Shown here one piece after another: positions 26,523-40,175 of a DNA stretch of 64,000 bases (position 1 is its first letter; each line of letters begins with the position of its first letter). Origin of the DNA: Eledone cirrhosa (taxonomy: Eukaryota). The position numbers and the translations under genes are program-made. The DNA lies in NCBI GenBank assembly GCA_964016885.1, contig OZ024743.1, positions 157,356,001 through 157,420,000 on the forward strand. The letters run 5' to 3'. The notes under the pieces were generated by a model, which saw nothing but the letters and a program-made list of their open reading frames with translations, was not told the DNA's origin and searched no databases.

Positions 26523-27380
26523 AATAATAACATTTTATATACTCTATAAAGATTAATTTATAACACTACTACAATAAAACAACCCTCAATTTGTCAACAA
26601 CCTTAATTACCTCCTTTTGTTATTAACCCCCTTTACAACTTCCTGTGTAAATTCATAAAATTAAGCAACCTAACGGTTTACCAACACTTAATAACGGTTA
26701 ATACAAAACCTAGAAAAGATAATTTGTAGATAAAAATGCATAAAATAATATACCTAAAATAACAACATGGCCAGTAATTCGGTAGAATTTACATTTGACA
26801 AACACACACCTATTAACTATAAACTACTCAAAATAGTTCCATGGTTAATAGATGTGAGTTACAACCACATATACACATACATACGAACTACAACACAAAA
26901 ACACTTGAAAAACCAATTCTATCACGTGCGTAACATATACCTACATTATCACCACATTATCTAACATATAGCACGCTATCTTAAACATTTCTAACACCTA
27001 TAACATGCTTTAACATCCCACACGAAATATGTTTATTTCAACTGTATTATAACTCTTTCCTCATACATGACTTATTGATTGTATTTACTCCTGCATTGCA
27101 CACCCATAACAATAACTGTTCTCCAATGTTAAGATATCTTATATCATATATCTTATGTGTATCCTATCCCACATTTTTACTTGCTTATAACTTTTTTGCC
27201 TGTACTTTTTGCTTATACCTCTTACACTTCCAATCAGTGCTGCCTGTAATTGTGTTATCTCAAGCATAACATCTTTTTAACTCCTGACTCTCCACGTGAT
27301 GTCTATGACACTAACAACACTTATGTATCCTAAATGTTCTGAATGACTAGGATTTTATTCACATGTTTTGACATTCCCTA

Positions 27381-27427
27381 TGCTCCGATGATTCCAGACT
27401 TCCCTCTGGAAGAAACAATTGTCAGCA
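27381..27427 (+). ncRNA. Minimal type I hammerhead (U4C) in a PLE pLTR remnant
   Basis: Stem I tgct/agca; CCGATGA; perfect 7-bp stem II ttccaga/tctggaa; GAAAC-AATT-GTC; AATAAA immediately after. Confidence 0.75.
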
Positions 27428-27466
27428 AATAAATGTTCTAAACTAAACTTTGATCGTTTTAACACA

Positions 27467-27549
<83 letters not shown>

Positions 27550-28187
27550 TATGAGTTTCATATCGAAAAATAATAATGATATCCGATTCATTTGCAAGAG
27601 CCTCATACGGTGTTTATTTTAGATGACGCCGTCATCTTTTTGTTATAGCAGTGACAGAGAGAAACAATAAACTATCTTGACAAAGGGCAATAACCCAGAA
27701 ACAACGTTGTATGCCAATTCTAAAATAAGCGGATGACGGTGGTCATCTAAAACACATAGCGTAATGAAGCTGTTTGCTTACAGACGTAATCGATGACCAA
27801 ATTCTAATTTGTGTTAAGTATATATATATTCGTTCCAGTTGTCGTGCATAGAATATTTCCCAGTAATACGCTCACGCAGACATACACACATAAACAGGCT
27901 CCTAAGCCCACAATTCATCTATGTATAATATAAATGAAAGATTTTTTATTGGTTGATTGGTTGGTTGGTTGGTTGAATCACACGGAAACTACACGCGCGC
28001 ACACACACACATATAAATACATGCACACACATACTACATGCTTGCGGTACATTGGTGTGTTTCAGTTGACGTCATTTTGAGCTGAAAAAGATCATACTGA
28101 CAATGGTTATTTCACATTTAAAATTGAAAGACAATGCTACCATTTAATTGGCAGTTTACTCCCCCAGCCTAATAAGGAAGTTTTATG

Positions 28188-28273
<86 letters not shown>

Positions 28274-28854
28274 GCTCATTACGCTCTCACCTCATACCAG
28301 ACAACACATCCAGTACAGTCGTTTTCTCTGTTCTCCCGGGCGAAACCGTGTACCTCAGCTTCTAACGAAATAAATGAATAAATTGAATGTATGTATCTAT
28401 AAGTGCCTATGTATGTGTGGGCGTGAGTGTGTAGGCGTACTAGCGATTCGGTATGCTTCACAACTGGAAAAAAGACACATGTATGCATATAATTGTAAGC
28501 ATTACATGCGAGGATTCTGATACCTCTATCATGTGTATGCGTGTGTCTGTACTCGTATGTATGTGCGCGCTTGCTCAGAAGCCATTGAGAATTGTAAGTT
28601 TATGAATGTTAGTGTGTGCACCTGCGTGTATATGTGATTAGGAGTTTACATACAACCTTTAGCATGTATAAGCGTACAGGTGTGTGTGCATTTGCACGAC
28701 AGTCTTTAAGTCAACAAGTGTGACTTCCGACAGCCGTGGAAATCACAACATTTCCAACGCAAACATTTTATTTTAATCCAAAAGGTGAGTGAAAGAGATA
28801 GAGGGAGGTATGTATATATGTATGTATGGATGTACGAATGCTTGTACATATATT

Positions 28855-28952
<98 letters not shown>

Positions 28953-29045
28953 TATATGTGTGTGTATATATATACATGTGTGCATATTAATACATGTGTG
29001 TGTGTGTATGTATGTATTTATGTAAGTATGTATGTGTCTATATAT

Positions 29046-29100
<55 letters not shown>

Positions 29101-29262
29101 AACGAGTAGGACCCCGACGGCTGAGCTCCAGAATTAGCCGTCGAAACGTCTTGAGCTCAGCCGTCGGGGTCCTACACGTTCCTATTACCCACTCTACTAC
29201 CCTAAGTATTGAGTACTTTGGTGCGTTATGGTCCACCTGGTTTCTTACCACATTTCCTTCGT

Positions 29263-29330
<68 letters not shown>

Positions 29331-29451
29331 GGAGGTGAGTTTTATTGTAGTACAATAAAGCAATGCAGATATCGGATAAGAAGCACTCTACAGTTTGTAG
29401 GACTGGAGTATACATAATATAAGATCAAAAGATGGTTAAAGGAGTTCCATG

Positions 29452-29522
29452 TATTTTATTATGCGCATTTCAAAAACAAACATCATCATGCAATAATATT
29501 TGTGTTTTCATCAGATAAAACA
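29452..29522 (-). ncRNA. Type I hammerhead (AUA site)
   Basis: tgttttat-CTGATGA-stem II-GAAAT-GCGC-ATA-ataaaata. Confidence 0.78.
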
Positions 29523-30535
29523 GGAGAACATGATATGAAGGCTAAAAATCACCTGTGGACAGTGCAGTTTTAAATCAACATATGAAAAGTGGTTTTAGAT
29601 TGATGTGTGATATTGGGAAAAATATTTTATTTAGAGAGGGGGGGGGGAGGATGAAAAGGGAAGGAGATGAGAGGGAGAGATGGGTGATAGAGAGAAAGAG
29701 ATAGTTTTTATAACAGAGAGTAGATATATAGTGTTACATAGAGAGGTTGAAAACCGTTGGAAGATAATGTATAAATTAAAAATTTTGAAAATTAACGAAG
29801 GGAGGATATGTACGAGGAAAAAAAAAAAAAATGTTATTTAGGGATTGGGGGGAAGGATGAAAAAAAGGGGGAGGAGATGAGAGTGAAGGTGGAGAGGGAG
29901 AGATGGGTGATAGAGAGAAAGAGATAGTTTTTATAACTGAGAAAAAGATATATTGTTTTAACATAGAGAGGTTGGGAACCGTTGGAAGATAATGTATAAA
30001 TTAAAGGAATTTGAAAAATAACGAAGGGAATTTATGTATGAAGATAGAGAGAAAAAAATAATAATTGTGGATGAATATTCTAACGTCAAAAAAAGAAATG
30101 TATGTATTGTGGCAATTTCAAAATTAACGAAGAGAAAAATTATTGAGGTTTGTGTGTAGAAGGATTTGAGATAAAATGTGAAGTTAAAGTTTGTATATTG
30201 AAAGGATTGATAATATATGCGAATAAAGAGTTAATATGTATTAATAATGAGTTCGTTGATGGGGAGAAAAAAATAATAAATTAAGGATGAAATTGAGATT
30301 AAAAAGATTTATGATAGAGAGAAAAAATAATAATGATTGCGGATGAATATTCAAACGTCAAAAACAAGAAATGTATGTTATGATTTTATAAGGTGAAGAT
30401 AGAATGAGGGTAATGAGTAAACAAGTATTATCGAGTGTATAATGCCCTTTAAAGTAAGGTAGATGGGTATATTTTAAAGAGGTGTATGTATAAGTGCCTT
30501 TGAGAAAAGATTTTAAATTGATAAAGAATTGAATA

Positions 30536-31452
30536 TTAACTGTATACCTTGTGAAAAGTTCTATGGAATTTATGCAGGCAGATAGAAAACAAATCTGTAC
30601 GGCTGTTTATTATAGAATCTAGGTTAGAGATAATGGTAAATTTTTCATTTAGGCAGAGATTACAGATTTTAGATAGAGAGCTGTTCATGGTGTGTTTGTT
30701 AAATATTTTACTATAGATATGTGAGGGAGGGAAGCATTTATTTAAGGCACTAAAAAATAATTTAGGAATATTGTTATTAATAGAGATGGAGAAAGGAGCA
30801 TTATACCAGATTATGTTTTTGTATCTAGGTCTTTTATTAAAATTATTGGAATGGTCATGATTAATTATTCTACTGTAAGTTTTACTAGAATTTGTTTCTT
30901 TACTATATTTCATTTTATCTGGATAGCCGGCTTTAGAAAGTGCGTTATTATAGTAATTGGCGTTAGCATCAAAGATGTTTTTATTAGAAGATATGTTAGA
31001 TATTCTTTTTCCAATATTATTAACTATAGCATTCTTGATATTGGTAGGATGGTTAGATTTAAAGTTAACATAATTAAGGTTCTCATTGTTTTTATGGTAA
31101 GGGTAATATAGGCCAGTGTCAAGATTAAGAGATACATCCAAGAAATTAGCTAGTTTGATACTATTATCAAATTCAATTTTTAGGTTATGTTGGTTAAAGA
31201 GATTACGTATATTGTTCTTAATAATATTAAGGTTAACTATATTGCAATTTAGGATAGTAAAGAGTCCATCGTCACGATAAATTCCACCGCGAAGTTGAGG
31301 AATTTTCCGACTCAAAGAGTTCAAAATGAAGATACCAATTAAATCAGTCAATTGGGATGAATTGGATGCTCCCATTGTGATGTCGAAGTTGTTAGAGGTA
31401 TCGGCTCTGGTCCAATATTCGTTGTTGAACTCTAGGATGGTTTTGCGTGCGG
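30536..31452 (-). pseudogene. PLE RT C-terminal half with internally deleted endonuclease
   Basis: FDITMGASNSSQ, GGIYRDDGL, NFLDV, SNHP, IIWYNAPFS, then a jump to ICNLCLNEK..CLHK. Confidence 0.88.
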
Positions 31453-31950
31453 TTCTAGTAAAACTTACAGTAGAATAATTAATCATGACCATTCCAATAA
31501 TTTTAATAAAAGACCTAGATACAAAAACATAATCTGGTATAATGCTCCTTTCTCCATCTCTATTAATAACAATATTCCTAAATTATTTTTTAGTGCCTTA
31601 AATAAATGCTTCCCTCCCTCACATATCTAAAGTAAAATATTTAACAAACACACCATCAAATTTTCGTATTCTACATCCTCCAATATTTCCAACATCATCT
31701 CTAAACACAACAATAAAATACTAAATACTAAATCTCTTCCTTCCAATATTGAATTTCATAATAACAGTAATAGTACTCCCGACGTCATTGTAAACCCTAG
31801 GCTAACTTCTGTAAACCCAAATACAACGTCAAACACAACTTCGCTAAATGTTCATAATCCAACTCTAAATCAAGAAACTAGTATTCCTATTATTCCTATC
31901 GCAAACAACTTCTCCAATCCAATTCCTTCTATAGATAACACTATAGATAA

Positions 31951-32018
31951 CAGTACATTACTGGTACTTTATTTTATCGTTCCCGTAAGGATGAAAGGCA
32001 AAGTTAACCTCGGCGGGA
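31951..32018 (-). mobile_element. SINE family A fragment
   Basis: Central part of the SINE at a PLE rearrangement junction. Confidence 0.7.
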
Positions 32019-32677
32019 ATATAAGATCAAAAGATGGTTAAAAGAGTTCCAAGTGTTTTATAATGCGCATTTCAAAAACAAATATCATCATGGGATGATA
32101 TCTGCGTTTTCATCTTTGCCTTCTGCGCTCATTTTTAAACAAACTATTTACGTACACATATTACGCACACATATTACATTACATAAAGACAAACTTAAAC
32201 CCTAACTAATTCCTCTAAATTCATAACTCATTCATTCTTCTACTTCTTTTCACATTATATCCTTAATAACATTAATATTTTTATTTTAATAATACATATT
32301 AATAATTTCTTTTCCTCGCACATATTATTAAAATCTTCAATATACAAACTTTAATTTAATATTATTCTTAATCCCTTTTTCTCTTCATGCATAAATCTCA
32401 TTAACTTTTAATTTCAAATTCTTTAAAATTATCTATTATCTTCCAACGGCTTTTTAACTTCTCTCTGTGAGACAATATATATTTTTTTCTCAGTCTCTAT
32501 CACCCATCTCTCCTCCTCTCTCATCCTTCCTTCTTATACTCCTCCCCGACCATTTTTTACTCTCATCTCCTCCTCTTCCCCCCCCCCCCCTTTTTCCCAA
32601 TCTTAAATTATTTTTCATATGTTGATTTAAAACTTCACTATTCACAAGTGTTTTTTAAGCTTCATATCATTTATCCC

Positions 32678-32748
32678 TATTTTATCTGAAGAAAACGCAG
32701 ATATCATTCCATCATGATATTTTGTTTTGAAATGCGCATAATAAAATA
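32678..32748 (+). ncRNA. Type I hammerhead (AUA site)
   Basis: Perfect 8-bp stem I tattttat/ataaaata; CTGAAGA 32686-32692; stem II including atatcat/atgatat; GAAAT-GCGC-ATA. Confidence 0.82.
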
Positions 32749-32789
32749 CTTGGAACTCTTTTACCCATCTTTTGATCTTATATTATATT

Positions 32790-32871
<82 letters not shown>

Positions 32872-32877
<6 letters not shown>

Positions 32878-33072
32878 CGCTCTACGTGGCTGAATACAAT
32901 AAATGTAATCTGAGTTTTTCGAATATTAATAATAATATTCGATTCATTTGCAAACAAGCTTCATTTTTACAGCCAATGAGCAGCTCATTCTACTGGCATG
33001 GCTTTAAAAATTAGGCTTGTTTGTATAATTGAAAACGAATCGAATATTATTATTAATATTCGAAAAACTCAG

Positions 33073-33076
<4 letters not shown>
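32872..33076. mobile_element. Palindromic MITE-like element (family B, superfamily unassigned)
   Basis: Inverted arms gtaatctgagtttttcgaatattaataataat..; relatives at 39158-39490, 46761-46910, 41418-41712 and 27560-27800. Confidence 0.65.
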
Positions 33077-33135
<59 letters not shown>

Positions 33136-34500
33136 ACACATATATATATATATATATATGAAAAGAGAGCGAGGGGTAGGCTGGAGAATGTCAGAAAAGG
33201 AGGAGAAAGAGAAAATGCCAAAGACAGAAAAATGAAAGTGTCAAAGAAAGAAAAAGTGATGGTGGGAGAGAGTGGTAATAAAATAAAAGTGAGGTAGATA
33301 AGTAGGTATTGAGGTCATTAGTAAGGTTGTTTAGAAGGGATCAAATCTGAATGGACAAACCGATATTCAAAGCCGCTCCAGATATGACCTTCCTGTGTTT
33401 TCTGATATAATCGGTTATAATTTGAGGCAATTTGGATGCTATTTCTTGGAGGTTGTCTGAACACGTTTAACTCTCTTATTGGCGCTTTAGTGTTGTTGTT
33501 GTTGGTGGTGATGTTAATGTGTGGCGGTGGTGTTATCTTTCTTTCTTTCTTTGAATTGGTGTTGGTATATTGCTGATGTTATCTTTCTTGGTTTATTGGT
33601 GGCTGTATTATTTGTTGGTCTTCTTTTTGTTCTTGGTGTTGTTAAGGTAGTATGTATTGTTTTCAGTGGTTTTGAGGTTGTTGCTTCTATTATTGGAATG
33701 GTAGTTGCTTTTTGTTGTTCTTGGGAATGGTGGTTTTTTGCCATTGTCTTTGATGTTGATTGTAGTGTTGCTTTTGGTTTGTGGCGATAATGTTGGGGAT
33801 ATTGTTGATGGTGATGGCCAGTACATTTATCATCTTATGAAGAATTTACCTAACTAACCCCGCACAGGAATATACTGACAGTAAGATAAGCTTTCATCCA
33901 TAGATCGATCCAAAGTGACAATAATATGAACCAATGAAATGTTCGGTAGATGAAACTCTCTATATTCTTCAATAAAACTGTCATTTATTTACAAGCGATA
34001 TAGGCCTACCTCATTCATCAAAGAAAACGTTTCATTTTATTTTTGTGTTTACTATTTTATTTTGTGTTTTACTATTTACGTATTTCTGTAAATATATTTC
34101 AGGTTTCGTTTTTCGTTTGTTTTAAATTACTTTGTTTCGTTTGACTAATTTTGTTTTACTGAAGGCCCAAGTGCTGTTTTTATTTTTTTTTTGTTCGCCT
34201 TTTCTTCTTTGGGCGTGTTTCGCTGTATAATTATTTATTACTATTTCTATGACCGAAAAATAATAAAATGTACTTGAATTCAAATTAAAGTTTACAATTT
34301 CTCTTAAATCTAAAAAGCTGACTAAAATAGTACCATACAACATTACTACATGCATTTAGTACTTGCGTTCTACTGCGTCTACCAACACAACTAGATTCCG
34401 ATCATTGTAACACAGTCAGTTGTTGAATAAGTAAAGACCCTACTTGTAGATATGTTAACTACTGAGATATCGTCTACAAATTAGATTAATCTATTCTCTT

Positions 34501-34690
34501 AATAATTGTTTCTACTTTAGGCACAAGGCCAGCAATTACCCAGTGCATTACTGGTACTTTATTTTATCGACCCCGTAAGGATGAAAGGCAAAGTCAACCT
34601 CGGCGGGATTTGAACTCAGATCGTAAAGGGACGTAACTATGTTGGAAAGCATAGCGTCCGACCCTCTACCGTTACTGCCAATCCACCGCC
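34501..34690 (-). mobile_element. SINE family A, full length
   Basis: 16-bp direct repeat ctattctcttaataat at 34491-34506 and 34690-34705. Confidence 0.92.
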
Positions 34691-34900
34691 TATTCTCTTA
34701 ATAATGGCTAGATAAGTGCAGCCTAAAACCTTTGTCTTTATATACACACGCGTTAAATTTTACCGAATAGGTATTGTCTGTAAACTATTGACTAAAATAA
34801 TTATAATATATGAAATATTATTAGACACAGCTCGTTATATGTTATCTAGACAGGCCACGAATGTTTTTTTACAAATACATAACTGTTAGACGTCAAGTAA

Positions 34901-35081
34901 ATAATTGTTTCTACTTTAGGCACAAGGCCAGCAAATTACCCAGTGCATTACTGGTACTTTATTTTATCGACCCCGTAAGGATGAAAGGCAAAGTTAACCT
35001 CGACGGGATTTGAACTTAGATCGTAAAGGGACGTAACTATGCTGGAAAGCATGGCGTCCGACCCTCTACCGATACTGCCAA
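34901..35081 (-). mobile_element. SINE family A
   Basis: Direct repeat caagtaaataat at 34894-34905 and 35079-35090. Confidence 0.9.
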
Positions 35082-35294
35082 GTAAATAATGAAGTGAAAT
35101 TTCGATATAGCTATTCACTATACTGATGATTCATAGTGTAGATAATTATTATATAAACAATTTAGTATATCATAATTATATGATAGAAAAAAACACTTGA
35201 ATTACAGAAAGGTTTCTACATAGATATATATCGATGTTTCAGGGCTCAAATATATGCAAAGAATTTCTTGAAAAACGTGCTCATGAATATTGAT

Positions 35295-35549
35295 AGGTAC
35301 ATCGTCAGTTACGATCATGAATGTTCCAAGTAGCTGCGCATACCACAGACACATGTTCTCAGGGAGATTCAGCGTAACACAGAATGTGACAAGGCTGGCC
35401 CTTCGAGTTACAGGTACAAATCACTTTTGCCAGCTGAGTGAACTGAAGTCACGTGAAATAATGTTTTGTACAAAGACACAAAGTGCTACCTAGAATCGAA
35501 CTTACGATCATGAGGCAAATTCCCTAACTTCTAAGCCATGCGCCTTCAC
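35295..35549 (-). mobile_element. Older tRNA-derived SINE (family C)
   Basis: Minus-strand A-box-like tggcttagaagttag and B-box-like gttcgattct; related fragment at 45594-45712. Confidence 0.6.
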
Positions 35550-36274
35550 GCTCCAAAATACTATGAAAGTGTTAACTTGACTGACATTGTCTGCGTATAT
35601 TAATTCGATGATACAATCACAACCAATGTAAATGCGGCCATTATTACTCTAGATATATTGGCATTCGAACAAATTTTGAGCAAATACATGTAAAATATTC
35701 GAGTCCATATTCAATCATATCAATCCTGGTGTTTATTTTAGTCTAATGCTTATATTTTCGGCCATTATCGAATAGCTGTTGTTATAACGAAAGTCAAAGC
35801 ACCTCCACTAAACATTTTATACCACTATGCACAAACAAACACACCCACACACAAACACATTCACACATACAGACACATATACATATATGTGTGAGTGTGT
35901 CTGTGACCGGTGTATATAGGACACAGACACTCGCATATATATACATATATACACAGTTCAAGAGTAACCAATCTTAAAGAGAGAGATTGAGATAGTAGAG
36001 GAGATATGAGAGGAAAGATTGGTGAGTTAGTTAGAAGCCAAAGCGTAAAGGCATGTGCTCAATGTGCAATATGCAGTAGAAAGCAGCTAGGTGGCTGGGT
36101 TCATGCAGAGGTTAGGTGCGCAGAGCAGGAAATATTCATTAGTTAAGCAAAACAAGACCACAAATTTCACAATGAAGACATTATTAAAGGATTCCTTACA
36201 TCAAAATAAATATGTTGACAATCCTTTAATAATGTCTTCCTTGTGAAATGTGTGGTCTTGCTTTGCTTAACTAA

Positions 36275-36331
<57 letters not shown>

Positions 36332-36564
36332 TAGAGCAAACATATATATGTATATATATATATTAGAGCAAACATCACGGGCGCTCTATCTCAAAATTAT
36401 TTTTGAAAAGCATTAGAAGGCTCAACCGGTAAAAACTTAATACTAAAACTGAATACTAACCAATACTTATTACTAATTTATACTTATTTCTAATTAAACT
36501 ATTTTTCACTAGGAAAAATTTATCAGCATTTTCTTTGCCTTTTACTAATATATATATATATATA

Positions 36565-36632
<68 letters not shown>

Positions 36633-37350
36633 CTTAGGTTAATAGGAGTTAGGTATTATATACCCGTGTACCATTGAAAGATGTGTAACTATAGTATACA
36701 TATTGTTTATTATTAAGATGTATAAACGTGACACACTTATTATCGTCTTATATTCTCTCAATTAATCACATTATGATTATATTTCACTCTCCCGTTTTCT
36801 CCCCCCCCCCCCCATATTTATAATATTTTTATTACATTGTGTTTTTCCCTTTCTCATACTTGCTTATATTTTTTTATATATTTTTATATATTCTCTATAT
36901 ATTTTTTATATACTTTTTATTTTTATTTTTATTTTCATTTTTATCCTCCTTATATTTTATTTCATTCTTACTCTTATACCTTATTATAGTGTAATCTTCC
37001 CTATGCCTTATTATACATTATTAACTATAAATTATTATTATTATTATTCCATTTCTAATTACCTCATGTACTTTCTCATCCGTTATATATATAATATATG
37101 CCCTTTGTGTGTGTGTAGCCTCTGCACACCCTCTGCACCCTACTATCAATGCCGCCCCATCTATGGCTCCACTAACCACTCGACTCCCGGGAATGAATAC
37201 GACCACAGCTAGTAAACAAGGACCCACACCCCACCCTCCCGCACCTAAATTAGACTTATTGTCCCCTGCTTTTGCTCTTTACTCTCTTTACTCTTTGTTC
37301 TTGAATGTTTGGTTGGTAGAGTTCATAACACCAATCAAACCCTTTTTATA

Positions 37351-37395
37351 GCTCTGGAGAAACCTACGGTTACGTAAGGAAGAAACATTGTAAGC
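37351..37395 (+). ncRNA. Degenerate minimal hammerhead in a pLTR remnant
   Basis: gct-CTGGAGA-stem II (acg/cgt, cct/agg)-GAAAC-ATT-GTA-agc, then AATAAA; same layout as 27381. Confidence 0.5.
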
Positions 37396-37473
37396 CAATA
37401 AAAAATGTTTGATGTTGTAGACGCTCTTGTGTTCTTCATCATATATGTGTATATATATATACATATATATATA

Positions 37474-37609
<136 letters not shown>

Positions 37610-37730
37610 CGAATACATTAGATTACCGATATAAAAGACACAGAAGCGAAAAGCGAAAACCAACCAAACAGTGAGTGTGTTCTGTTATTAATTCTGGCAA
37701 TATTACACAAATATGACCCTCCCCAAGTAT

Positions 37731-37779
<49 letters not shown>

Positions 37780-38016
37780 TGTGTCTGTGACCTATATAAA
37801 CAGGTCACAGGCATACACACGAACATAAACACCAACACACACACATCAACACACACACACACACACACATACACACATACACGCACACATACACACACAT
37901 ACATACACACACACACGTAGAAACCCTTTCTTTGAAATCACCGGTTGTAATTTCATTCAACAACACCACAGCTCTCTCTCACTCACTCTCTCTCTCTCTC
38001 TCACTCTCTCTCTCTC

Positions 38017-38068
<52 letters not shown>

Positions 38069-38239
38069 ATACATATATATATATGAAAATATTAAATTTA
38101 AACCCAAATCTCAATGTTGGTGGATTGCAAGTCACGTATGTATATGAGATAAGCTGCATTAGAGACAGTTTACCTCGAGTGTGTTTGTGTTTATGCAAAA
38201 AATCTGCAGTCCATCACACTAAGTCTATTATATATATAT

Positions 38240-38590
38240 CTATCTATCTAAGGCGGGTAAAATTCCCGAGATCCATGGACGAGTTCTCTCCAGCGGTCTC
38301 TGTCCCTCATTATCGCTGCCATATCCTGCATCTCCAACAGACCAGTGTCTGTCCTAAGGGCATCAACATATGTTAACCTTGGTCTTCCTCTTCTAGTGTG
38401 TCCATGTAGGGGCTCCCAAAGGAGCACTGAGTGCAATGTCAACTCTGGATGTCAGTGAGCATGTCCAGCCAACCTCAGTCTTCACTGTGTCACTGTTGAG
38501 CTGACTTTTGGGATGCTCCCATACAGCTCTGAGTTTTTCATCCTCAGTGTATACTGATTAATGTTCAGAGCCATTCAGAGCTACACGAGA
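38240..38590 (-). mobile_element. RTE-like LINE 3' fragment
   Basis: VLLWEP.HG..RRGRPRLTYVD..DRDRWR C-terminus followed by an (ATAG)n tail. Confidence 0.7.
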
Positions 38591-39091
38591 ATATATATAT
38601 ATATATATATATAACTTACTATCAAATCTCTTTCCGCTTTACCTGCATATAAGTCCAGTCTTCTGGTTGGTGGTTCTGATTGGCGGAGATCACTTCTATT
38701 TCATATATTACAGCTTGAGCGTTGCACTGTTGGTTCAGGTGATAAGACACTGGCCTTCTGTATGAGCATCCGTTAGTGATGTGAAATTTCATAATTAGGA
38801 ATGACTGGGACCCTGTTCAAAATCAGTTTCTTGAACCACAACACGACCTTCAGTCATCCCATCCCGACAAAAAACATACAACTCAGTTCGCAAGACCCCT
38901 ACATCGATGCACAGAAATTTATGGGATAATAGAGACAAAAGAATTGGAATGTTCTGGTTCAGTGAGTATGAGTGAGGAATGCCAGATATTAACATTGTCA
39001 AATTTCAGAATTCCTATTGAAGTACATTCACAAACAATTGAATTGGTTTATATGTCTGTGTTCCATGATGATGACGATAATGACGGCAGGG

Positions 39092-39139
<48 letters not shown>

Positions 39140-39157
39140 AATATATATATATATATA

Positions 39158-39490
39158 TAATAAATGTAATCTGAGTTTTTCGAATATTAATAATAACATT
39201 CGATTCGTTTGCAATTATGCAAACAAGCCTCAATTTTATAGCCAAGTCAGTAGAATGAACACTTCATTATTGCTCTTGCGTTGGCATGCAAACAGAATGA
39301 TGTGGGATACCCAGTGTCTGCAGTTTTGTTCGCATGCTAACACAAGAGCAAGAATGAAGTGTTCATTCTACTGACATGGCTATAAAATTGAGGATTGTTT
39401 GCATAATTGCAAACGAATCGAATGTTATTATTAATATTCGAAAACCTCAGATTACATTTATTGTATTCAGCCATGTAGAGCAAAATTGTC
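39158..39490. mobile_element. Palindromic MITE-like element (family B)
   Basis: Inverted arms of about 120 bp, homologous to 32872-33076. Confidence 0.65.
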
Positions 39491-39804
39491 TTATACATAT
39501 TGTGATATTTGGGGAGGGTCATATTGTTATAATATTGCCAGAAATAATAACAAAACACATTCACTGTTTTGTTTGGGTTGGTTTTCGCTTCTGTATCTTT
39601 TATATCTCCATAGTTAATTTAACTGGCAATCAAAGTTTATCATAGATTAACCAACGATTAAAAAATGGCGTAGGCATTACAACACAACGGGAGGAAACAT
39701 AAAGTACCACTGATGATGACACAGATGTGTGACTAAAGAACTTTGATAGACTATATATATATATGTATATCTGTAAATATATATATATTTATATATATAT
39801 ATAT

Positions 39805-40022
39805 ATATGAAAGACGTAAAATAAGAAAATTATAAAAATTAACTTACTTACTAAAATTTCACTCCAACTAATTAGTTTCTGAAAGGGAATAAACATAGTT
39901 TCCGAAGAAACGTACGTTTCTTCGGAAACTATGTTTATTCCCTTTCAGAAACTAATTAGTTGGAGTGAAATTTTAGTAAGTAAGTTAATTTTTATAATTT
40001 TCTTATTTTACGTCTTTCATAT
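39805..40022. repeat. 218-bp apparently perfect palindrome
   Basis: Axis at 39913/39914 (gaaacgt|acgtttc); arms contain GAAAC-TAATTA-GTT. Confidence 0.9.
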
Positions 40023-40131
40023 TATTGTTCTGCATCCCCATGCATTGAACCACAAAGTTGCTAAGACAAAAAGTATATATTTGCTGGCATATTTATGCAT
40101 CTGTATATATATGTTAGTAGATATACTAATT

Positions 40132-40175
<44 letters not shown>

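Larger units (their letters stand above)
29417..32790 (-). mobile_element. Rearranged Naiad-like PLE with inverted pLTR/3' UTR copies at both ends
   Basis: 29417-~30300 is inverted relative to ~32250-32790; internal inverted copy 31453-31656 vs 30687-30890; third partial pLTR at 32018-32115. Confidence 0.85.

Noticed and set aside
33490-33830. Hydrophobic membrane-protein-like ORF (also 22340-22690 and 60352-60630)
   Set aside because: Decayed (GTT)n, (GAT)n or (TTA)n low-complexity sequence.
38795-38970. Possible host exon (ag..GTGAGT, open frame)
   Set aside because: No recognisable protein, a weak acceptor and no partner exons; needs RNA-seq.
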